Shown one piece after another: positions 10,801 through 20,958 of a DNA stretch of 64,000 nt. The stretch lies in the IMG/VR virus record IMGVR_UViG_3300006737_000020, positions 39,224-103,223 of that record; one strand, written 5' to 3'. Both the position numbers and the translations under genes were made by a program. Under the pieces are notes generated by a model. The model was not told where the DNA came from, ran no database searches, and saw only the letters and a list, made by a program, of their open reading frames with translations. Position 1 is the first letter of the stretch. Each line of letters opens with the position of its first letter. The DNA comes from a virus.

Positions 10801-13800
10801 CTGCCTTTGTTTTATTTGGCATATAAAATGATTCAGAATTTTGTACTTGAATATTTCCTATTATTTGTAATGATGCATCAGCTGCGCTCCACATCAATGA
10901 ACCAGTACTATCTCCTCCTAAATAGAAGTTACCAGCACTATCCATATAAGTTGCAAAACCACCATTATAATATCCCATGTATTGAGATGTTAAATTTAAT
11001 CCTTCAGCTGCTGTATTTGTTGTCAATGTGAATCCATCTCCTCCAAATGCATAATTGGATGGATTATGTAATGATGTAGTAGCTGCGTTAGTTGTATAAG
11101 GTCCTAACATTGAACTGGTTGCTGTTTCTTCTATGAATCCTCCAATCAATAATGTAGTACCGTCCCAAGATAATTTTGGATTGCTAGAACCTCCTAACTT
11201 GAATGTTCCATTATCTAAACTAAATTCAGAACCAACTGATGGGCCCCAATTATTTGATCTTAAATGTCCTGATGTTATAGAATCTCCTTCAATGATTGTT
11301 CTACCAACACCTGCATTAGGACTTAAATATAATGCTTGAACTTCTTCATCAGTTAATGAACCAGTATAAATTCTAAAGTCATCTATTTCACCTTTAAAAT
11401 TATATGCATATTGTGCTCCTTGGTATCCTCCGATGTTAAGATCTGCTCCTACAGCTGGTCCCATTGTTGGATTTCTATATTTTGCCCAACCTTTCCATTG
11501 ACCATTAATATATAAACTTGCAGTCAATGTTAATGTATCATTTACAACAGCAAAGTGAGTCCATAATCCATCATATTCTTGCCAAGTAACATCTGGTCCT
11601 CCTGGATATTCTTGGAAAGGATTATTGTCACCATCACCTGTATTCCATAATATTTTAGTGCCATTAAACCAAAGATCTAATTGAGCATTATTACCAGCAC
11701 CACCAACACCAGCTACTAATGCTCCTCCTCCGTGAGGATTTGTAAATGAAGTATCTGCATCAACTGAAAATGACATTTGAGAAGTATCTGATTTGTCTAT
11801 CTTTAGCCAATGTGCAAATGTATGGTTATCATATAATTGTATTGGATTCAATGTTAACTTACCAGTTTTATCAGTTACACCTGGAAATACTGCAGAACCA
11901 CCTATTTTGGCACTTGAAGAATTGCATGTAACGGCCGTACCGGCGTCTATCTGAATGGTTCCATTTTCATGTTGTCTAAATCCTGACACATCTTGTAATA
12001 AACTACTTGAACCAAAAGATCCAGTTGATATAAATCCATCAAATGGTAAATGTAAAATTAATCCTTCACTTGGAGGAGCGGTTGGTAATGAACTTACTTC
12101 AATCTTTCCTTTGAAATATCCATTGGTTGTATAAATACCATGACCAGTTACTCCATCACTAAATGAACTATCTGTTATTCCTGATAAATCTCCTACTTGT
12201 GCTGCAAGATTCAAATCATATAATCCTGAACCTGTTCTTTCTACAATTTGCATATATGGTGTAAATGGGTCATTTGGATTGGCATTTAATCTAATATATC
12301 CAGTATTAATTTTACCTGTTGATACAATTACCTGAGAACCTGTATATGATTGTGCAGCAAATGGAGAATCTCCTAATGAACCTGATGGTCCATGAGTAGG
12401 AGAACCATCATAACTTATACTCCTAGTTACAAATAAGAAGCCACCAAAGTCAGTATCGCTTGATGCATCAAATCTAGAAGCTGATTGAACTCTTACGTAC
12501 TCTGTAGTAAATCCAGTTGATGATACTTTTTTAAGTGATAATATTTCTCCATATGTAAATCCAGATACATTTGCAATTGACATTGTTGTATCTGTTGCAT
12601 CATGAAAGGCTCCTGGATGTAATGCTGATCCTGTTAACACTGATGAGTTTGCAACATATAATTGTCCACCAACCGCATTAACTGTTTCTTTTTCAAATAC
12701 TGCAGTAGATAATGTTCCTCTTATTCTTGCATTCTCTACTTCTAGGAATCCTCCTGACACCGCAGTTAATCTAAATCCTGAACCTGCTAAGTTTGAAACA
12801 AATCCATCTGATTCAATAGTTCCTTCTTTTCTGATGATCATATTACCACCAGTTAATTTTTCATTATCAAATGCCCAACCAGCAATTTGATTATCTTCTT
12901 CTCCTGATTCTACATTGGCTCCTAAAGCAAATAATATATTGCCTCCAGATTTGCCCATCAATCCCCAATTATCACTTGCAGCAAAATGTGTTCTTACAAA
13001 ATCATCTGCAGATTTTCTAACAAGTAATTCAGGAGTAGCTCCTCCTTCAAGGAATGCATTTGATGATGATAACATATCACCGTTTATATTCCAACCTGCA
13101 ATATCTCCTCCATCAAATAATACCTGTGATCCAGTTATTCTACCATCAGATCTTAATATCAAGTCTTCATTTAATGATTTAATTACATCTGTTTGTACTT
13201 CAAATCCACCAATACTTGCAGATACAAATTTGGCTAAACCTTGAGATGTAATAGATGCAGATGCATTTGATAATGTTGATGGCGATCCTCCAATTGAAGC
13301 AGGAGTTTGAATATTATCAGCTGTAATTGTTCCTTGTACTGTTAATGTACTTCCTAAAAATTGTAAGAAGTTACCAGCTGCTTTATCACCTAATAATATA
13401 TCAGAACCTGTAATTGTTCCATCAGCTGATACTTTAAATGCTGAAGAAGATATAAATGATACTGGATCTGCTGTATCTAATGATGCTGATATTCTCCATC
13501 TATTAGATCTATATAAAGAACCACTTATAAAATTAATTCCAGCTATTTGATTTTCTGATCCTAATTCAAATATTTTTTCTGTTCCTACTGTTCCTAATAG
13601 TCCCCAATCAGTTGCACTATTATAAAACATATTTACTGTATTATTTGTATCAGATTGTACTTTTACAAACGGTGTATTATCTCCTTGCAATACAATATAA
13701 TCACTTGTAGATTTTAAATTTGTTCCATCTATTGTCCATCCAGCTACCACTCCTCCATCAAATTGTACATCAGATCCTGTTACTTCACCTGAGTGTTTTA

Positions 13801-16800
13801 CTTTAAATGTACTTGAACTAATAAAATATGTTTGAGTAGAATCATTTAATTCTACCCCTGAGGTTTCTAAACTATGGTCTCCTAATGTAAATCCTCCTAT
13901 CAATCCTGCACTTGCAGATACTCTACCATCTGAATCTACTTGGAAACCTGAAGATGAAATATGATATGGTCCATCTGCATCTAATATAACTGAATTATTA
14001 CTTGATGATAATGTAGTTGTTCCTATACCCCAACCACCAATAGTTCCTCCTGCTTCTGCGGTGATTGTTCCTTGCATGATAACATCACCTTGTCTATCTA
14101 AATGGAAATTAGATGATGTAATTTCTATTGCTCCATTTGCACCAGATATAAACGAATCATCACCTCCTAGGAAGAATGAATCAGTACGTATTTCTAAACC
14201 AGCTGGTTTTCCAGAAATTGATCCTGATGTTGCAAATCTGAAGAAACTTGATGAGTCTTGTACAAGTTCTAATCCTACACCACCATAGCCATCTGGGGAG
14301 TCAGGTAAAACAGATGCACTATAAAATAAGAATCCTGATCCTTTACCTGCAGATGCAGATGTAAATCCTTGATAACCTATAGACCTAATAAATGCTGAAC
14401 TAACACCTGCAAGTTCTATACCAGATCCTACTGTATTACCAATTGTTATTGAACCTGTTATAAGTCCGCTATCACCTTCAAAATAATTGTTATCGCCATC
14501 AAATATAGCTCCTTGGGCATAAGTTTCAGTTTGTGCAGGAGCTCCTAAATAATCTACATATTGGAATCGGAATGCCATTGGTGCATTCATTGCATCAGTT
14601 GGTATTCGAATATTCAATGTATGGAAGTTAGGAGAAAATCCTGTATCTAGATTTGCCGTTAAAGATATATTTGTAATAAACCAACTTCCTTTTCTAATTA
14701 CAAATATTGGTGTAAATGTTTCTGTATATTCAGGTACAAATTCTACTCTATTAAATACTGCTGCTCCTCCTGCTACTGATTCAAGAGTTCCTAAATAATT
14801 TCCATATTGTGAATCTGTAAATGGACCTGTTAATCCTCCACCTATCTGTGATTGCTGGATACCTCCATTATATGTTCTTGCATCACTTATTGATGAACCT
14901 GACATATATACATCTATCCTTGCATCTGTAGGAGATACATTTTGAGCATTCATTGAACCTGTATTAATTGCCTTTGCAAAAAACTGAAATGCATATTCTG
15001 AATTTGCAAAACATATTGGTCTAAATTCTTTTTTCAATTGCATTTTAACACCTGTATTTTGTGTTAATGGATCAGTTGATTTTATTTGTATAGATTCATT
15101 TAAAGTATCCATATCAAATTTTCCTTCACCACCAGTGAATTCATAATACAATCCAATATGGTTTTGATCTGCAATTTGTCCTATTTTAGTTTCTGTTAAT
15201 CCTAATGTTACATCAGCTGAAGTAGATCCTGTATCGACCATCACTTCTTGTAATTCTAATATTGATGTTCCAGTATCTATAAAGTCTCCTGGAGCTCCCA
15301 TCATTTTATAAGAAGTTTTAACTCCCATTACATCACCAGTTGCTGGTTCTATATTTGATAATTTAATATGAGCAAATGACATTGAATTTTCTGTCTCAGC
15401 TGTCATTTGTGGAACCCAGAAGCTCATTGTCACAGTTGATGGATTAAAGTCAATTATATGTTCTCCATCTTGAGGTTTACTAACTCTTCCAACTGAGAAA
15501 TCAAATGCCGGAGATAATTTAGCTGTGGTTGAATTTTCTATATCTACAATTGTTGCAACATATGTACAATCTATTGTTTTTGATCCTCCTCCTTCACTTA
15601 CATGTTCACTTGCTGCTGATACATGGACTGCCTCTCCTGCTGAATTTAACCATGTATCATTTGGAACGGTAGCTACTGGTCTATTAATTATTACTGTTGC
15701 ACCTAAATGTAAACTACCTGTTAATGGTAGTCCTACAAATGTTGCTGTTGTGGTATCAGGTGGATTATATACAACGGTTTGGATTGATGTAACTTCATTT
15801 TGAGGAGCTGCCATCAAATCAGCCGCGGCCTTAGTTGGTGGTGGTAATGCTGTTAATGTAGTTCCACCAGGTCCTTGATTACCAACATTTCCAAGTGCAT
15901 TATTTATAACCTGTGCCGGATCGGCTATCTGTAACTGTGTCTTTGTTTGTGCTGCAGTTAAATTATTTATTGTACCTGCAACTGCTGGTGAATTGGCTAA
16001 TGTAGATGGCATTGCAGATGCTACCTTTGATTTTCCCATTGCTTTTGCAATTGTCTTACCAGAAAATTGTGCTTCTTGTACCATCACCATATTTGCATTT
16101 GCTTGTGCCTGTGCTGCAAATGCAGGCCAAACAGCTGTTACTACTTGGTTTGCAATTCCTGCTGCAGTAGGTACAGATATATTTGTAGTTATAGTTGAAT
16201 ATCCTCCTGCAGGTCCCGTTCCTGAAACTGACATACCTGTTGCAACAGATCCTGATACTTGTTTAAAGAATGTTGGCAGATCAGTTATCTGGGCAAATGT
16301 TTTTACTTGTTCTGAAATAGCTACTTTAGGTTGTTGTAAAAATATTATTTCTGAACCATTTCTTCTATTTGGTGCAATTCTTGTTGTACGTTTCCATAAT
16401 ACATTTGGTAAATTTTTATATAAGTCTGAATTTTGATCTGAACTATATCTATACCTCTGTCCTGATTCCGGATCAAGCTGCATACGACCAGCTAAATAAA
16501 ATGTACATCTTCCTTCTGGTGTATCTGGATATACCCATACGGCTAATACCCTTACACCATCTTTTTCCATATATGGAAGTACATCATAATAAACTGGATC
16601 GCCATTATAATCTAATATTTCTACATATATATTAGAATCATCTACTAGTGAGTCAGGATCACCACGAAACTTAAACACATTTTTACCTGCTGTTAATGTT
16701 TCTGGAAATTCTACTACTTCGAAAAAGTCTTTGGATAATGGATCACGATCAACTACGTCATACCGTAACTGTTCATTATCTTTTAATCCTATATAAGAGG

Positions 16801-16819
16801 CTTCTCTTCTTATCGGCAT
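7862..16819 (-). CDS. Giant (2985 aa) tail fibre / baseplate-attached receptor-binding protein with LamG-like and carbohydrate-binding-like inserts
   Basis: G/S/T-rich beta repeats (IGGW/IAGF); LamG motif WTHFAVV...LYING...FKGEIDDFRIY; internal repeats. Confidence 0.8.
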   Translation of the reverse strand: MPIRREASYIGLKDNEQLRYDVVDRDPLSKDFFEVVEFPETLTAGKNVFKFRGDPDSLVDDSNIYVEILDYNGDPVYYDVLPYMEKDGVRVLAVWVYPDTPEGRCTFYLAGRMQLDPESGQRYRYSSDQNSDLYKNLPNVLWKRTTRIAPNRRNGSEIIFLQQPKVAISEQVKTFAQITDLPTFFKQVSGSVATGMSVSGTGPAGGYSTITTNISVPTAAGIANQVVTAVWPAFAAQAQANANMVMVQEAQFSGKTIAKAMGKSKVASAMPSTLANSPAVAGTINNLTAAQTKTQLQIADPAQVINNALGNVGNQGPGGTTLTALPPPTKAAADLMAAPQNEVTSIQTVVYNPPDTTTATFVGLPLTGSLHLGATVIINRPVATVPNDTWLNSAGEAVHVSAASEHVSEGGGSKTIDCTYVATIVDIENSTTAKLSPAFDFSVGRVSKPQDGEHIIDFNPSTVTMSFWVPQMTAETENSMSFAHIKLSNIEPATGDVMGVKTSYKMMGAPGDFIDTGTSILELQEVMVDTGSTSADVTLGLTETKIGQIADQNHIGLYYEFTGGEGKFDMDTLNESIQIKSTDPLTQNTGVKMQLKKEFRPICFANSEYAFQFFAKAINTGSMNAQNVSPTDARIDVYMSGSSISDARTYNGGIQQSQIGGGLTGPFTDSQYGNYLGTLESVAGGAAVFNRVEFVPEYTETFTPIFVIRKGSWFITNISLTANLDTGFSPNFHTLNIRIPTDAMNAPMAFRFQYVDYLGAPAQTETYAQGAIFDGDNNYFEGDSGLITGSITIGNTVGSGIELAGVSSAFIRSIGYQGFTSASAGKGSGFLFYSASVLPDSPDGYGGVGLELVQDSSSFFRFATSGSISGKPAGLEIRTDSFFLGGDDSFISGANGAIEITSSNFHLDRQGDVIMQGTITAEAGGTIGGWGIGTTTLSSSNNSVILDADGPYHISSSGFQVDSDGRVSASAGLIGGFTLGDHSLETSGVELNDSTQTYFISSSTFKVKHSGEVTGSDVQFDGGVVAGWTIDGTNLKSTSDYIVLQGDNTPFVKVQSDTNNTVNMFYNSATDWGLLGTVGTEKIFELGSENQIAGINFISGSLYRSNRWRISASLDTADPVSFISSSAFKVSADGTITGSDILLGDKAAGNFLQFLGSTLTVQGTITADNIQTPASIGGSPSTLSNASASITSQGLAKFVSASIGGFEVQTDVIKSLNEDLILRSDGRITGSQVLFDGGDIAGWNINGDMLSSSNAFLEGGATPELLVRKSADDFVRTHFAASDNWGLMGKSGGNILFALGANVESGEEDNQIAGWAFDNEKLTGGNMIIRKEGTIESDGFVSNLAGSGFRLTAVSGGFLEVENARIRGTLSTAVFEKETVNAVGGQLYVANSSVLTGSALHPGAFHDATDTTMSIANVSGFTYGEILSLKKVSSTGFTTEYVRVQSASRFDASSDTDFGGFLFVTRSISYDGSPTHGPSGSLGDSPFAAQSYTGSQVIVSTGKINTGYIRLNANPNDPFTPYMQIVERTGSGLYDLNLAAQVGDLSGITDSSFSDGVTGHGIYTTNGYFKGKIEVSSLPTAPPSEGLILHLPFDGFISTGSFGSSSLLQDVSGFRQHENGTIQIDAGTAVTCNSSSAKIGGSAVFPGVTDKTGKLTLNPIQLYDNHTFAHWLKIDKSDTSQMSFSVDADTSFTNPHGGGALVAGVGGAGNNAQLDLWFNGTKILWNTGDGDNNPFQEYPGGPDVTWQEYDGLWTHFAVVNDTLTLTASLYINGQWKGWAKYRNPTMGPAVGADLNIGGYQGAQYAYNFKGEIDDFRIYTGSLTDEEVQALYLSPNAGVGRTIIEGDSITSGHLRSNNWGPSVGSEFSLDNGTFKLGGSSNPKLSWDGTTLLIGGFIEETATSSMLGPYTTNAATTSLHNPSNYAFGGDGFTLTTNTAAEGLNLTSQYMGYYNGGFATYMDSAGNFYLGGDSTGSLMWSAADASLQIIGNIQVQNSESFYMPNKTKADYRIALIESASADPTPGSRVISSSLGYTNYFENTTTGSTTPSDILGYDQGYDLYVFSGEVWNVEKEQMVMNLFDEGQSVFVQANNMAGADVTGSGGTDYPIKQHTSGVASNPYENGHIATGSGLQETDPIGQGWSVWSDSAPADTGNIPITVYSDGGGSTYAPIAISGSIPTISDTGNIATNTTAAYLAFYGTNPRGGRIIISTTRYNYIKETPLERCLDFLLKKDLDQESYQQGITKITGDMVKTGKVQSNNWTDGGQVGSEFNLNDGTFKMGGDTNPSLEFDGTDLIVSGGISASGGLIAGFTIEEDAIYSGTKDTSGFAANNADITIGADGIHTKQFYVDTATGNAGFAGTVTIGTSDLTEANTLNQTGSTTQGSSLIYNPNFELAAPDGRPAGVKAVYGGATATNISFSGSLAASQQLVIVNDSDAHIGAGWPAFHVSVGSEYRVQVRLRGEVVDSSGLYIRMQEYDSELDSGDTHVSYNASISEAGVQEATRQVTQGTQNSSGSFQFERIAGTSVENGPVATSFTDYEFIYRPTSTAKWASLIVLNWTDIAAGDPLIVDRVYAYKEPSIHDGTVGGWTISTDKIKGGNAILSGSGILTLGVTPNASVAGTNKGIYMDGDGSFLAYGNSTNFVKFDASGTSVEIKANTFDLATSTMILDSGTNSGKIALGSTPNTSVAGTNAGIYMDGTGDFLAYGDANNYLKKDGTALTMKAETFDLAATNLTINSAGHYIIDTGNFKVDKGGAITSSAGEIGGWLIANNYIKYDSAGGMIWMGQSSADSGQTEIRISSDGTGVGTSNYVRMYQDHDVDTWGIEGKTSNGAGGTIFHLGETAGSDDNQIAGWQFDSTQLTSNSGDGGQTFLKANGQITASSMLLSGSAVATNFATKVVTVTNGNVSDYTRAVTGGVNLVFDGSQGGDRVMHMILDHDPGLIKGFDLVDDGTEVESQILIDVIVAITGFDDGISTSMQQMNALRD
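8607..8992 (-). repeat. Degenerate tandem duplication (69 aa, 207-nt period) in the giant tail fibre
   Basis: LGVTPNASVAGTNKGIYMDGDGSFLAYG...TFDLA versus LGSTPNTSVAGTNAGIYMDGTGDFLAYG...TFDLA. Confidence 0.85.
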
Positions 16820-16869
16820 ATATGTTCCCTAGTTTTACCTTAAATATTTATTATAAATATGGTAAAACA

Positions 16870-19800
16870 TTAATTATAGGAAATATTTGAGTAGCCGTTT
16901 GTCTTTTTAATTTCAATTAATTTATCTACTATGTCTCGCATTGCATCTATATGAGAAATACACATAATAAATCCAAACTGTGATTTTAAATAATCAAATA
17001 ACATATACATTGAATTAAGATTGTCTGAATCTAATACTCCAAAACCTTCATCAATTGCAAGAAAATTTGGCCTAGGAAGATTTGATACATTTATTAGAGA
17101 AGTTCTAATAGCTAATGATGAAATAAATTTCTCCATACCAGATGTTAATTCTAATGGCCAGTAATTATCATCATCATATACAATAAATGCATTTATATTT
17201 TTGCCATCTGTATGTAATATAATTGTAAATTCAACAATTTGATTTAAGATATTATTTATTTCAGCTTCTATTTGTGGAAGTGCTCTAGTTATTAAATGAT
17301 AAGGAACTCCATTACGCTGAACTGCTTTTTGATAATATTCATATCCTTGATATTGTTGTTCTAATGATTTTAATCTATTAATACCATCAATTGCATCTTG
17401 TCTAGACTTTTCAGCCATTTTTAATTTACCTGAAAGAGATAATAGTTTAGTATGTAATTGTCCTAATTCTGAACTTACTGTTGTTATTTCTTCTCTAATT
17501 TCAGATATTTCAGAATTTTTAGTTTTATTAAATTCAATATTATCTTTTTGTTTTTGAGATTTTGTTAATTGTTTTTTCTTATCACGTATATCATTATTTA
17601 TAGATTCAATATCCCATTTACACTTTTCTAATTCATGTTTATATGCAATTAATGTTCCATTATTTATTCCTAATGAATGTTTTAAATCAGCTAAAACTTT
17701 TAATTTTTCTTTTGGTTTATCTTCATGTTCTATTTTTGCAATACCATCTTCATGATGTTTAATATCAAATTCTAAAACTTGTTCTTCATCAATTAATTTA
17801 GGCAATAAGTCTGCAACTTGTTGAGTTTCTTTTAACCATGGATTAGCCATACAATAACTACAATCTTCATCCCATTCATGTTTGTCTAATTTTGAAACCA
17901 TTTTTTGAGCATGTTGTATTTTTAATTGTTTTAATTTAAGATCGTTATTTAATTTAATAACAGTATCATTATAATCTTTTAATTCTACTAATGCATCTTT
18001 TAAAGATTGTTCATCAATCTTATTTATTTTTTGGGTTATTTCTTTTATTAATTTTTGTTGAGACTTAATTAAATCTTTTTGATGTTCTCGGTCTAATTTT
18101 AAATTTCCAATTCTATCAGATAATTGAGTAATTTCATATTTAATATCATCTGGTGAATCTAATGTATCATCAACTTTTTTTAATTCTTTTGTTAACGAAA
18201 AAATGATATCATTGAGATTTGTTTTCATTTCTTCATGTTCTGTCTTGTCAACTTTCATTTGTTCATATGATCCGGTATATTGAGATATAATTTCCCTAGC
18301 AGTTGATAAATCAGTTGAAAAATCTTTTCTTTTGTATTCTCTTATTAATGCAGCTGTTTCTCTAATATCTTCATGGCCTACCAAATATTGTTGTTCAAAA
18401 ATATCAATATCTAAAAACTGTGATAATAAATCTTTTCGTTCTCTTTGAGTTTTATCAATAAAGCCTGTATTATTATTTTGTAATGATAATGCTGTTAATA
18501 CAAAGTCTTCATATGATCCAAGATATTGTCTTATACTTTTATTTGTAGAATCTCTTTGGTCTCCATTTAATGATTCTTCATTTCCGTCTTTATCAACTCT
18601 CCAAAAATTTACATCTACTTTTACATGACCACGATTATTCTTTTTTCCTGTCCTTTCAATAAAGTATATATATTTTCCTAATTCAAATTCAAACTTACAA
18701 TGGAATCTAGATTTTTTATTATTTAATACATGAGCAGCTTTTTTTGTACGACTACATCTATCAAAACAAGTAAATGCTAATGCATCTAATAATGTTGATT
18801 TACCAGATGCATTTGGTGCAAATAATCCATATGTTCCATTCATATTTGAAAAATCAATTTCATTATCTTCACCATAACTAAACATGTTTGAAAATTCAAA
18901 TTTCTTAGGTTGCCAAGTAATATTTCTTGTTAATGTATTAGTTGGTAATTTTGAATGAACGGTTCTATTTATATGTCTAACTGTATCTAGCAATTCATCA
19001 TCAAGCGCAAATTCATCTGTTAGATATTCTGTAATAACATTGTTTTGCCATTCTACATCTCGCACATTTCCAAAATTAATTTTATTTTTTGAATCTGTTG
19101 TATTTAATGCATTTATTTTTTGAATTGAAATATCTTGGACTTTATATTTAGATCGAATATCTGCAATTATTTGTTTTAAGGTTCCAGAATCTGTATCTTT
19201 TACTTTTAATCTCAATCTTGGTTTTTTAGGTACTCTTGAGTCTGGATTGATAATTTTGCCATTATCAATTTCGTATGTATAATAACCATAATCATTTTCA
19301 ATTTCAACAAATTCAGATTTTTTAGTTTTTAAATCCCAAATCATTATTCCATGACCTAAAGATTCTCCATGATTTTGTTGAATTAAAGAACCAGCATATG
19401 CAATTGTTTTCTTATCATCTAAATATTGTGGTTTATGGATATCACCTAATAATACCAAATCATGTCCTATAAACATATCTGTTGTAACATGAGTATTACT
19501 TAATGTAAATCCAGCATCTGTTGATGCGTTATGTACCGAACCATGATGTAATGCTATCTTAAAATTACCTTCAAAATCAGATGCTTTTATATATTTTGCA
19601 GGCTTTTCATCCACCGCCATTACGTTAAAGTGTACACCTTGGATATCATATACATCGTTGTCTTTAAGATAGTGTAAGTTCTTATGATTGATGGCTTTAA
19701 CAATAGGACTTAAGGCATCCAGTCTATAATTGTTATTTAGGTTACAATCATGATTTCCTAAAATTACTATGGTAGGTAATAAATCTGCTAAATTAGAAAA

Positions 19801-20001
19801 GAATTCAGATGTTAAATCAATTAACTCTGGTGACATATCTGTTTTTGCGTGTACAATATCTCCAGCAATATAAATAATATCATTTTCTTGTTTTGTCTTT
19901 TTTATATAAGAATATAATCGTTTAAATACTTGTCTATATTCTTTATGACGTTTAACATTTCTTATATGTACATCTGCTATGTGATATATTCTATTTATCA
20001 T
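16870..20001 (-). CDS. Fused SbcD/Mre11 nuclease + SbcC/Rad50 ATPase (T4 gp47+gp46-like)
   Basis: ADVH, AGD, GNHD, GDIH metallophosphoesterase motifs; APNASGKST Walker A; CSYC zinc hook; TSGME signature; IDEGFGVLD Walker B. Start placed at ATG 20001, which overlaps the primase TGA (ATGA). Confidence 0.92.
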   Translation of the reverse strand: MINRIYHIADVHIRNVKRHKEYRQVFKRLYSYIKKTKQENDIIYIAGDIVHAKTDMSPELIDLTSEFFSNLADLLPTIVILGNHDCNLNNNYRLDALSPIVKAINHKNLHYLKDNDVYDIQGVHFNVMAVDEKPAKYIKASDFEGNFKIALHHGSVHNASTDAGFTLSNTHVTTDMFIGHDLVLLGDIHKPQYLDDKKTIAYAGSLIQQNHGESLGHGIMIWDLKTKKSEFVEIENDYGYYTYEIDNGKIINPDSRVPKKPRLRLKVKDTDSGTLKQIIADIRSKYKVQDISIQKINALNTTDSKNKINFGNVRDVEWQNNVITEYLTDEFALDDELLDTVRHINRTVHSKLPTNTLTRNITWQPKKFEFSNMFSYGEDNEIDFSNMNGTYGLFAPNASGKSTLLDALAFTCFDRCSRTKKAAHVLNNKKSRFHCKFEFELGKYIYFIERTGKKNNRGHVKVDVNFWRVDKDGNEESLNGDQRDSTNKSIRQYLGSYEDFVLTALSLQNNNTGFIDKTQRERKDLLSQFLDIDIFEQQYLVGHEDIRETAALIREYKRKDFSTDLSTAREIISQYTGSYEQMKVDKTEHEEMKTNLNDIIFSLTKELKKVDDTLDSPDDIKYEITQLSDRIGNLKLDREHQKDLIKSQQKLIKEITQKINKIDEQSLKDALVELKDYNDTVIKLNNDLKLKQLKIQHAQKMVSKLDKHEWDEDCSYCMANPWLKETQQVADLLPKLIDEEQVLEFDIKHHEDGIAKIEHEDKPKEKLKVLADLKHSLGINNGTLIAYKHELEKCKWDIESINNDIRDKKKQLTKSQKQKDNIEFNKTKNSEISEIREEITTVSSELGQLHTKLLSLSGKLKMAEKSRQDAIDGINRLKSLEQQYQGYEYYQKAVQRNGVPYHLITRALPQIEAEINNILNQIVEFTIILHTDGKNINAFIVYDDDNYWPLELTSGMEKFISSLAIRTSLINVSNLPRPNFLAIDEGFGVLDSDNLNSMYMLFDYLKSQFGFIMCISHIDAMRDIVDKLIEIKKTNGYSNISYN

Positions 20002-20921
20002 ATTCCCATTATCCTTTGCTCTATTAGCCAACTAGAAGTAAGTTTTTCTGTTCCAGCTAATATGTTATTAATTTTTCCAAAACCTACTTCACTTGGATCT
20101 TTTTCTTTTAAGTCTACAAAATATACATCTACTCCATTTGCCATAAAATATTCAGCCGTTTCAATAGCTTGTTTTCTTGCATCCTGGTCAAGACATATAT
20201 AAATTATTTTTACATTATTTTCTATAATACGATGTTTAAGTTGATCTGGTATTGTTTTACCAAATAATGGAATTGCATTCCTTCTTATTGCAATTGCATC
20301 AAAAGCTCCTTCAACTAAACATACTGGATAATTCCAGTTAATATGTAACTCAAATCCTACAATATCTTTTGATACCTGTGGATTTTTATGTTTAAAATTA
20401 TCATCTTCATAGTAAGCTCTTCCAACAAAGTAATTTAATACTCCATTTGCATCATAACTAGGAATAATAACCTTTCCTGAATATTGTCCAGTTTCGCAAT
20501 ATCCTATTCTATATTTAAGAATATCATGAATAGTAATACCTCGTTTTTTAAGATAATAAACCGCATTTCTATATTCTGGTGATAATGTGTTTATTTTCCA
20601 TAATGGCTTGAACTCGGGTGGTAATTCTACTGCCTTTGTATTTGTAGTAGTTATTTTAGGTCTATATTCTGTTTCTTCAATATATTCAAATAATTTAGAT
20701 ATTTTAAATCGTTCAACTTTTAACTTTTTAAATAATGTAATTATTTTACGGCCTGCCGCATTACATACCCAGCAATGCCAGTGTTGAGAAAGGATGTTAA
20801 CTTCTAACTTCTTTTTGTTATGATGGCAAAAAGGACAGTGAAAAGCTACATTGCCTTTATTAGTAGATCTACCCTTTCCAAGTACAGATTCTATTAATGT
20901 TAGTAATTTAAAATTCGTCAT
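19998..20921 (-). CDS. DNA primase (Zn finger + Toprim)
   Basis: CPFC...HCWVC zinc finger, VEGAFDAI and LDQD Toprim motifs. Confidence 0.88.
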   Translation of the reverse strand: MTNFKLLTLIESVLGKGRSTNKGNVAFHCPFCHHNKKKLEVNILSQHWHCWVCNAAGRKIITLFKKLKVERFKISKLFEYIEETEYRPKITTTNTKAVELPPEFKPLWKINTLSPEYRNAVYYLKKRGITIHDILKYRIGYCETGQYSGKVIIPSYDANGVLNYFVGRAYYEDDNFKHKNPQVSKDIVGFELHINWNYPVCLVEGAFDAIAIRRNAIPLFGKTIPDQLKHRIIENNVKIIYICLDQDARKQAIETAEYFMANGVDVYFVDLKEKDPSEVGFGKINNILAGTEKLTSSWLIEQRIMGI

Positions 20922-20927
20922 GTATAC

Positions 20928-20958
20928 TAATATAAAGAAAACTTTTCAAATAACCAAA
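20928..20958 (-). promoter_or_regulatory. Host-type promoter upstream of primase
   Basis: TTTG-N20-TATATTA. Confidence 0.7.
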
